A DNA stretch of 64,000 bases from an uncultured Pseudomonadota bacterium (GTDB taxonomy: Bacteria; Pseudomonadota; Alphaproteobacteria; Acetobacterales; Acetobacteraceae). The notes beneath the pieces are model-generated. The model was not told where the DNA came from, did not search any database, and was given only the letters and a program-made list of their open reading frames with translations. The stretch spans positions 228,523 to 292,522 of the forward strand of contig CAWCEU010000009.1 in the NCBI GenBank assembly GCA_963794625.1, given 5' to 3'. The translations under genes were made by a program, and so were the position numbers. Positions within the stretch are counted from its first letter, which is position 1. Each line of letters opens with the position of its first letter. Below, one piece after another: positions 57,224-64,000 of this stretch.

Positions 57224-57476
57224 GATCTGAATGCCTTATCCCATAGAGCAAAAATTGGTTGCAGGCATAACATCATCACTTCCGACGAGGCTCTCGATAA
57301 TCAACTTCGAATTGCTTTTGACTTCGATGGCGTTCTTGTTGACGATGAAGTGGAAAGCCAATTTGCCGATGGCGGACTGCCGCCCATTTCGAATAAGAAA
57401 CAAAGTATAAAAACCTTATTTCTCGTGGACAAGAGGCTAAAAACTCTCTTGGACCTCAGTCATTCTCTCTATCGCC
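57224..57476 (+). pseudogene. Low-GC remnant encoding a startless fragment with HAD-superfamily motif I (IAFDFDGVLVDDE)
   Basis: Open frame from stop 57221-57223 with no plausible start; about 38% GC over 57170-57476 versus about 68% elsewhere. The frame runs into the 3' end of the dipeptidase gene. Confidence 0.4.
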
Positions 57477-58538
57477 CTAATCCGCCGCCGCCTTCCTCTC
57501 CTCGGCAACCTCCTCAGCCTTCCGCATCAGCCGCAGGAAATTCCCACCCCAGATCTTGGCGATTTCCTCTTTCGCGTAACCGCGCTTGGCCAAAGCCGCC
57601 GTCAGGTTTGGCGTCTGCGATGCGTTCATGTAGCCGCGCACACCGCCGCCACCGTCAAAATCCGTACCGATTCCGACATGATCAATCCCCATGCGCTTTA
57701 CCGCGTAATCGACGTGATCGACGATATCCTCCACCGTCAGATCAGACGCCCGCGCCTTCGGCCTCAGGAAGTTGGAAACAATGGTGATCTGCGCCAGCCC
57801 GCCCGTGGCGGCCAGCATGTCCAGCTGCTCGTCATCCAAATTGCGCTTATGGTCGCATAATGTCTTCATGCAGCTATGGGTGGCCACAACCGGTGTGCGC
57901 GAACGCCGTGCCGCCTGCATCATGGTGCTCTTGGCGGCGTGGGAGACGTCGATCAGCATGCCCAGCTCGTTCATCCGCTCCACCACCGCCTGGCCGAAAT
58001 CCGAGAGCCCGCCATATTCCTGCTCCGCATCGCCCAGATTGGGCAGGGCAATGGCGGCATCCGCGATCTCGTTATGGCCGTTATGGGTAAGCGTCATGTA
58101 GCGCACGCCCTGCGCAGCGAACTCGTCCAGCAGGGCGAGACTCCGGCCGATGGCATAGCCATTCTCGATGGCCGGGATGATGCCGGGCTTGCCGGCGGCG
58201 AAGGCGGCCTCAACCCCGGCCGCGCTGGTGGCAAGCAGCCCGCCGGAGCCATCCGCCGGGGCCATGGCGGCGATGGCCGCCAGCATCGCGCGGGCGCGGG
58301 TGGCGGCGGCCTCGTGCGCCGCATCGTCCCGGTGGCCTTGCGGGATATAGGCCGCGAAACACACCGCCGCGACCCGGCCTTGCCTCAGCTTCGGCAGGTC
58401 AACACAGCGCGGGCCGTCCTCGAAGGGGCTGGGGCCCTCCGGCCAGGGGATGTCGACATGGGTGTCGATGGCCAGCAGGCCAGCATGCGGGTCATTTATC
58501 ATTGCCCGCATGGTTGAGCGCCCTGCAGCCCGCGTCAA
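57477..58538 (-). CDS. Membrane dipeptidase (peptidase family M19, renal dipeptidase-like)
   Basis: LAIDTHVDIPW...DHVGIGTDFDGGGG...WGGNFLRLM zinc-binding motifs; 353 aa; start uncertain because of overlap with the mutY 3' end. Confidence 0.8.
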   Translation of the reverse strand: MTRAAGRSTMRAMINDPHAGLLAIDTHVDIPWPEGPSPFEDGPRCVDLPKLRQGRVAAVCFAAYIPQGHRDDAAHEAAATRARAMLAAIAAMAPADGSGGLLATSAAGVEAAFAAGKPGIIPAIENGYAIGRSLALLDEFAAQGVRYMTLTHNGHNEIADAAIALPNLGDAEQEYGGLSDFGQAVVERMNELGMLIDVSHAAKSTMMQAARRSRTPVVATHSCMKTLCDHKRNLDDEQLDMLAATGGLAQITIVSNFLRPKARASDLTVEDIVDHVDYAVKRMGIDHVGIGTDFDGGGGVRGYMNASQTPNLTAALAKRGYAKEEIAKIWGGNFLRLMRKAEEVAEERKAAAD

Positions 58539-59484
58539 GCGCCTTGCGCATTACCGATGGCAAGGGGGCGGTGCCCGCCGGGGCACTCAACACGCCGTCC
58601 GGCAGCGCCGCGACCCTCGCCACCCGCACGGAAAGGGTGAGGGCGAAATGGGTGAAGACGTGCTCCACCTCTCCGGCACGGCGCCAGCGCGCCTTCACCG
58701 GCGGTTGCTCCGGCAGCACCAGCATGCCGCCCAGCAGCCCGTGCGGCGGGCGGCGCAGCAGCAGCACGTTGTTCCCGGCATCCAGCAGCACATACGCGCT
58801 GCCCTCCCGGCGCGGCCGCGCCGCCTTCTTCGCCTTCACGGGCAACAACTCGGCCAGCCCCTGCGCCTGCGCCCGGCAATGGCTGCTCCAGGGGCAGATC
58901 AGGCAGTTGGGGGATTTGGGCGTGCAGATGGTGGCTCCCAGATCAAACAGGGCCTGCGCGAAATCCCCCGGCGCGGCCTGGGCCGCCTTGTCCCGGATCA
59001 GCGTTTCCGCCGCCGCCGCGATGGTTTTTTTTGAGCCCGGCAGCGGGTCGGCGATGGCGAAGAGGCGGGAGGCGACGCGCTCCACATTGCCATCCACCGG
59101 CAAAACCGGCAGCCCAAAGGCAATGGCGCCCACCGCATTGGCGGTATAGGGGCCGATGCCCGGCAAGGCCCGTAACGCTTCGATACGTTTTGGGAATCCG
59201 CCCAGCGCGGCCACCGCAATCGCGCATTTATGCAGGTTTCTGGCGCGTGCGTAGTAACCAAGCCCGGCCCAGAGGGCGCACACCTCCTCCACGCTGGCCG
59301 CCGCAAGGGCTTGCACTGTGGGGTACGCCGCCAGAAATTTGGCGTAATAGGGCTTCACGGTGGCCACCACCGTCTGCTGCAGCATGATCTCGGAGAGCCA
59401 GACGCGGTACGGGTCCGCCAATTCTCCGGGAGCACTGCGCCAGGGCAGATGGCGGCGGTGCCGGTGATACCAGGACAGGAGTTT
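58492..59484 (-). CDS. mutY: A/G-specific adenine DNA glycosylase
   Basis: LLSWYHRHRRHLPWR N-terminus, HhH-GPD (LPGIGPYTANAVGAIAFG), 4Fe-4S Cys cluster (CTPKSPNCLICPWSSHC), NUDIX-like C-terminus. The ORF-track start at 59550 would overlap DUF721; the true start is probably internal (GTG/TTG), not resolved. Confidence 0.8.
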   Translation of the reverse strand, partial: KLLSWYHRHRRHLPWRSAPGELADPYRVWLSEIMLQQTVVATVKPYYAKFLAAYPTVQALAAASVEEVCALWAGLGYYARARNLHKCAIAVAALGGFPKRIEALRALPGIGPYTANAVGAIAFGLPVLPVDGNVERVASRLFAIADPLPGSKKTIAAAAETLIRDKAAQAAPGDFAQALFDLGATICTPKSPNCLICPWSSHCRAQAQGLAELLPVKAKKAARPRREGSAYVLLDAGNNVLLLRRPPHGLLGGMLVLPEQPPVKARWRRAGEVEHVFTHFALTLSVRVARVAALPDGVLSAPAGTAPLPSVMRKALDAGCRALNHAGNDK

Positions 59485-59486
59485 CC

Positions 59487-59978
59487 GTGCCGGAGGAAGG
59501 GAAGAAGAGGAAGCGGGCGCCACGGGTACAGATTGTGCCTGACGAACCAATGCCGCGCAATTTTGCCCCGCGGGGCATTGCGGCCATTCTCGCCCCCGTC
59601 ACCCGCCCGGCCTTCCGCCGCCGCGCCCCCGCCGCCGCGCAGATTTTGGCGGACTGGCCGCAGCTCGCCGGGCCGGACCTGGCCGCCCGCGCGGCACCGC
59701 TGAAATTCGCCGGGGGCACCCTCACGCTCGGCTGCACCGGCCCCACGGCGATGGAGCTGCAATTCTCCGCGCCGCAGATCATCGCCCGCCTGAACCTCGC
59801 CTTGGGCCACTCAGCCATCGAACGGCTGCGCTTCGAGCAGCAGGTACCCCGCCCGCCCGCAACAGCGCCGGCGCGTCCCACGCCGCGCAACACCGCGCAG
59901 CCGCCGCAAGACCTACCCCCTGGGGAACTCGGCGCCGCCCTGGCCCGGCTCTACCGGGGCATAAAATCCCGTGGATAA
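59487..59978 (+). CDS. DUF721 (DciA-like) protein
   Basis: 163 aa; GTG 59487 with AGGAG at -7; central LADWPQLAGPDLAARAAPLKFAGGTLTLGC... typical of DUF721; conserved mutY-DUF721-dsbA-smc neighbourhood. Confidence 0.65.
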   Translation: MPEEGKKRKRAPRVQIVPDEPMPRNFAPRGIAAILAPVTRPAFRRRAPAAAQILADWPQLAGPDLAARAAPLKFAGGTLTLGCTGPTAMELQFSAPQIIARLNLALGHSAIERLRFEQQVPRPPATAPARPTPRNTAQPPQDLPPGELGAALARLYRGIKSRG

Positions 59979-60039
59979 CTTTGCCGCCGGGGTTGGACTC
60001 CCATGTGAAAATCTGGCTACACTATATATAGGAGAAAAC

Positions 60040-60675
60040 ATGCAGATTACCCGCCGTTCCATACTATCCATAGTAGGTGCCTCCGCAGTGGGCGCCTCCA
60101 CCCTGGCGCCATCTGCCGCCTGGGCCGACTCGGCTGGCGCGACCCCGCCCACGGAAACGGAACGCTCCGTCGGCTCGCCCAGCGCGAAGGTGACAATCAT
60201 GGAATTCTTCTCCCTCACCTGCACCCATTGCGCCGAATTCGCCACGGTCACGATGCCGCAGGTGAAGCCGAAACTGGTGGACACGGGCAAGCTGCGCATC
60301 GTCTATCACGATTTCCCGCTGGACCAGGTGGCGCTGAAGGCCGCCCAGGTGGCGCGCTATCTGCCCGCCAATGAATATTACCCGTTCATCGAGGCGCTGT
60401 TCGCCAGCCAGAATGACTGGGCCTTCCAGCCGAACGAGGATTACCACGCCTCGATCTTCAAATATGCCGCCCTCGCCGGGATGGACCAGGCCACCTATGA
60501 GAAAGCCTGGAATGACACCAAGCTGGCGCAGTTCATCCTGAGCGGCCAGCAGGAAGCGGAAAAGACCTACAATATCGATGCCACCCCCAGCTTCGTCCTC
60601 AACGGCAAGACCTATCCCGGTGCGATGGATTACGACGATTTCGCCGCGCTCGTGACCAAGGCCGCCGGGGGCTAA
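60040..60675 (+). CDS. DsbA-family thiol:disulfide oxidoreductase with signal peptide
   Basis: MQITRRSILSIVGASAVGA signal; CTHC active site in FFSLTCTHCAEF; ATG 60040 with AGGAG Shine-Dalgarno. Confidence 0.8.
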   Translation: MQITRRSILSIVGASAVGASTLAPSAAWADSAGATPPTETERSVGSPSAKVTIMEFFSLTCTHCAEFATVTMPQVKPKLVDTGKLRIVYHDFPLDQVALKAAQVARYLPANEYYPFIEALFASQNDWAFQPNEDYHASIFKYAALAGMDQATYEKAWNDTKLAQFILSGQQEAEKTYNIDATPSFVLNGKTYPGAMDYDDFAALVTKAAGG

Positions 60676-60685
60676 AGGAGGCAGG

Positions 60686-63600
60686 ATGCCCGCACGCTTC
60701 GCCCGGCTGCGTATCGCCGGTTTCAAGAGCTTCGCTGACCCGACGACGGTGGAGATTCTCCCGGCCTGACGGGGGTGGTCGGGCCGAACGGGTGCGGAAA
60801 GTCCAACGTCATCGAGGCACTGCGCTGGGCGATGGGCGAGGCCAATGCCCGCAACATGCGCGGCACCGAGATGGAGGACGTGATCTTCGCCGGAACCACG
60901 GGCCGCGCGGCCCGCAATCTGGCGGAAGTGACGCTGACGCTGGAGGAGACGCTGGGGCTGGCCCCGCCGCCGTTCCAGGAGGCGGCGGATCTTGAAATCT
61001 CCCGCAAGATCGAGCGTGGCGCGGGCAGCGCCTATCGCGTGAACGGCAAGGAAGCCCGGGCGCGCGACGTGCAGACCCTGTTCGCGGACCTGGCCTCCGG
61101 CTCCCGCGCCTCGGCGATGGTGAGCCAGGGGCGCGTCGGCGCGCTGGTGAATGCCCGGCCCGATGAGCGGCGCGCTTTGCTGGAAGAGGCTGCCGGCATC
61201 ACCGGCCTGCATGCCCGCCGGCATGAGGCGGAGCTGAAGCTGAAAGCCGCCGAGCAGAATCTGCTGCGCGCGGAAGATCTGAAAGGCCAGCTGGAAGCGC
61301 GGCTGGGCGAGTTGAAGAAGCAGGCCCGCCAGGCCACGCGCTACAAGAATCTCTCCGGCACTATCCGCGCGGCGGAGGCGGAGCTGCTCTCCATCCAGCG
61401 TGCCATCGCCGTGGCGGCGCGGGAAGCCGCGCAGGCCGCTTTCGCCGCCGCCGAGGCGCGCGTGGCGGAAACCGCAATCAAGGCGCGGGACGCCGCCGGT
61501 GCGGCGGAAACCGCCGAGGCCGCCCTGCCCCCGCTGCGCGAAGCCGAGGCACAAGCCCGCACATTGCTGGAGCGCGCGCGCATCGCCGCCGAGCAAATGG
61601 AAGAGGCCGAGGCCCGCGCCCGCGCCGCGCTGACCGAAGCCAAGACCCGGCTGGACGCGCTGACCCGCGACCATGGCCACGCGCAAAAGCTGGTGGCGGA
61701 TGCGCAGGCCGCCCAGGCGCGGTTGGAGGCCGAGCAGCACGTGCTGCTGGAGGAAACCGTCTCCGCCCCCGCCGCGATCGAGGAAGCGGGCCGCGCCGAA
61801 GACGCGGCTTTGGACGCCATGCGCGAAGCCGAGGCCGCCGCCACCAAGGCAACCGAGGATGCCGCGCGCCTTGCCGCCGAGGCTGAGTCCGCCCGCCGTG
61901 CTTTGAACGAGGCCGAAGCCCGCGCCCGCCGCCTGGCCCAGCGCGCCGCCGAGACCAGGGCCGAGTACGACAAGATCGCCGCGACGCTGATCCCGCCCGA
62001 GCGCGTGCTGGAAGCCGAGGCGGAGCGCGCCGAGGCCGAGGCCGCCTTGCTCGCCGCGCGCGAGGCGGTGATCGCGGCCGAAGCCACCCGCGCCAAGGCC
62101 GAAGCCGAGGCCGCCGAGGCCCGCGCCACCGCCGAGGCGGAGCTGGCGGGGGCACGCTCCCGCGCCTCATCACTGGAAGCCGCCGCCACCAAGGTCAGCA
62201 CCGAATATGATGCGCTGGCCGCCTTGCTGGCGCAGAAATTCGGGCGGGAAAGCCAGCCGATCCTGGACCAGATCACCGTGCCGCCGGGGCTGGAAGCCGC
62301 CTTGGGCGCGGCCTTGCGTGAGGAGCTTTCCGCTTCCGCCGATACCCAGGCCGCCCGGCATTGGCGCAAGCTGCCGGATCTCGATCTGCCGGTGGTGCCG
62401 CTGCATAGTTTCGCCCAGCTTGCCCAAGGGCCGGAGGCGCTGAGGCGCGCACTCTCCCACATCCTGCTGCTGCCCGAGGGGGCGGATGGCGATCTGCACC
62501 AGGGTAATCTCACGCCCGGCCAGATTCTGGTCTCGCGCGAGGGCGCGCTCTGGCGCTGGGATGGCTATACCGTGCGCGCCGGCGCCGCCTCGGAAGCCGC
62601 CGTACGGCTGAAGCAGCGCAACCGCCTGACGGAGCTGGAGCGCGAGCGCGCCGCCGCGCGCCAAACCGCCCAGGCCGCGAAGGACGAGCGCCTGCGCGCC
62701 GAAGCCGCCGAGCATGAGGCCCGGGCCAATGAGGTGAAAATCCGCGAGACGCACCGGGCCGCCGAAACCCAGGCCCGCGAGGCCCGCCGCCAGGCCGAGC
62801 AGCGTTTCGACAAGGCCCGCGCCGAGGCGATTCGCCTGACCGCCGAGGCCGAGCGGGGCGCCAGCCGGGCCGCCGCCGCCGCCGCACAACGCGACCAGGC
62901 ATCCGCCGAAGCCGCCGAGGCGGATACCGCCCTCACCGCTTTGCGGGAAACCCATGCCGCCCTGCCGGACGTGAATGCCGCCCGCCAGGCGGTGGACCAG
63001 GCCCGTGCCGCGTTGAACGAAGCCCGCCAGGCCGAGGGCGCCGCCCGCGCCCGCCTGGCTGCCCTGCGCAGCGCCGATACCCAGCGCGGCCAGCGGCTGG
63101 AGAGCCTGAAGCGCGAGATGGCAAGCTGGGCCGAGCGCGGCCAGGACGCGACGGACCGCCTGACCGACCTCACCGCCCGTCTGGCCGAGGCGCAAAGCGG
63201 CATCGAAACGCTGCAAGCCGCCCCCTCGGAGGCGGAAACCTCTCACCAGGAGGCGCTGGACGCGCTGCAAACCGCCGAAGCCGGGCATAAGCGCGTGGCC
63301 AGGGCCTTGCAGGACGCGCAAGCCGCCGCCGAGGCCGCCATACGGCAGGCCCGCCAGGCCGAGGCCGAAATGAGCACCGCCCGCGAGGCCCGCGCCCGCG
63401 AGGAAGGCAATATCGCCACCGCCAATCATGCCTGGGGCAGCGTGGCCGAGCGCATCCTGGAACGGCTCGGCGCCAATCCGGAGCTGCCGGACCCGCCGGA
63501 GTTTCTGAATGCCGAGGTGGAGGACAAGGCCCGCAAACGCTGGGAGCGGCTGATCCGCGAGCGCGAGGAGATGGGGGCGGTCAATCTGCGCGCCGAGATC

Positions 63601-64000
63601 GAGGTGAACGAGGCGGAAGAGGCCATCGCCACCATCGACCGTGAGCGCGACGAAATCACCTCCGCCATCGCCAAACTGCGCGGCTCCATCGGGCATCTGA
63701 ACCGCGAGGGGCGTGAGCGCCTCTCCACCGTGTTCGCCGAGGTGGACAAGCATTTCCAGACGCTGTTCAGCCGCATGTTCGGCGGCGGCAAGGCGCATCT
63801 GGCGCTGGTGGGGTCGGATGATCCGCTGGAAGCCGGTTTGGAAATCTTCGCGCAGCCGCCTGGCAAGAAGCTCAGCACGCTATCGCTTCTCTCAGGCGGC
63901 GAGCAGGCGCTCACCGCGCTCTCGCTCATCTTCGCGGTGTTCAAATGCAACCCGGCCCCGATCTCGGTGCTGGACGAGGTGGACGCGCCTTTGGACGACG
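60686..64000 (+). CDS. smc: Chromosome segregation protein SMC (3' end outside the window), with an apparent 1-nt deletion near the 5' end
   Basis: MPARFARLRIAGFKSFADPTTVEILP then stop at 60767; resumes in the +2 frame as GPNGCGKSNVIEALRWAMGE (Walker A) and continues to the window end (...LDEVDAPLDD, Walker B). Restoring one G in CCGGCC (60761-60766) gives ILPGLTGVVGPNGCGKS. Confidence 0.8.

Noticed and set aside
1-64000. CRISPR arrays, cas genes, restriction-modification, toxin-antitoxin or other recognisable phage-defence operons
   Set aside because: No short direct-repeat/spacer arrays and no nuclease, methylase, helicase or STAND-NTPase candidates were seen. SMC here is the housekeeping condensin in its conserved mutY-DUF721-dsbA context.

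Overview
High-GC (about 65-70%) chromosomal segment, most likely alphaproteobacterial and possibly Acetobacteraceae-like: the rpoH/dksA pair and the mutY-DUF721-dsbA-smc synteny are conserved alphaproteobacterial loci (taxonomy is inference). Gene density is high and most long ORFs on the opposite strand of real genes are GC-driven antisense artefacts.

Content in order:
- 1-12.7 kb: rpoH 3' end, dksA, a glycosyltransferase/DedA/MFS envelope-sugar cluster, a PCu(A)C-GST pair, folP-glmM-thiD, pirin, OsmC.
- 12.7-20 kb: tRNA-Arg(CCT), then the periplasmic alpha-2-macroglobulin/PbpC pair.
- 20-25 kb: an HDAC-like amidohydrolase / aldehyde dehydrogenase / amidase module with a LysR regulator.
- 25.3-25.7 kb: an AT-rich regulatory island preceding a single-ORF NagA-MurQ fusion.
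- 28-34 kb: MFS, FAD oxidoreductase, a lower-GC single-gene insertion encoding a flotillin-like SPFH protein, nitronate monooxygenase.
- 34-53.6 kb: a large purine/ureide-type locus. It holds a TetR regulator, an AtzE-like amidase with an AtzG-like DUF4089 partner, two BMP-family nucleoside-type ABC transporters, a TRZ/ATZ amidohydrolase, a GuaD-type deaminase, xdhABC and a 2OG-Fe(II) oxygenase.
- 53.8-64 kb: ispA-xseB preceded by an HDAC-like gene and a TusA-like gene, a ROK kinase, a low-GC remnant, M19 dipeptidase, mutY, DUF721, dsbA-like, and smc running off the window end.

Several genes carry 1-nt indels at G/C homopolymer runs (xdhA, an ABC permease, smc), which looks like systematic sequencing error rather than biology. 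No CRISPR array, integrase, transposase or recognisable phage-defence operon was found. The most unusual items are the NagA-MurQ fusion, the AtzE/AtzG-like amidase tied to a nucleoside-type transporter inside a purine locus that lacks urate-degradation genes, the tandem perfect palindromes upstream of xdhA, the TusA-like Cys-to-Ser variant coupled to an HDAC-like gene, and the low-GC flotillin insertion with its own palindromic operator-like site.
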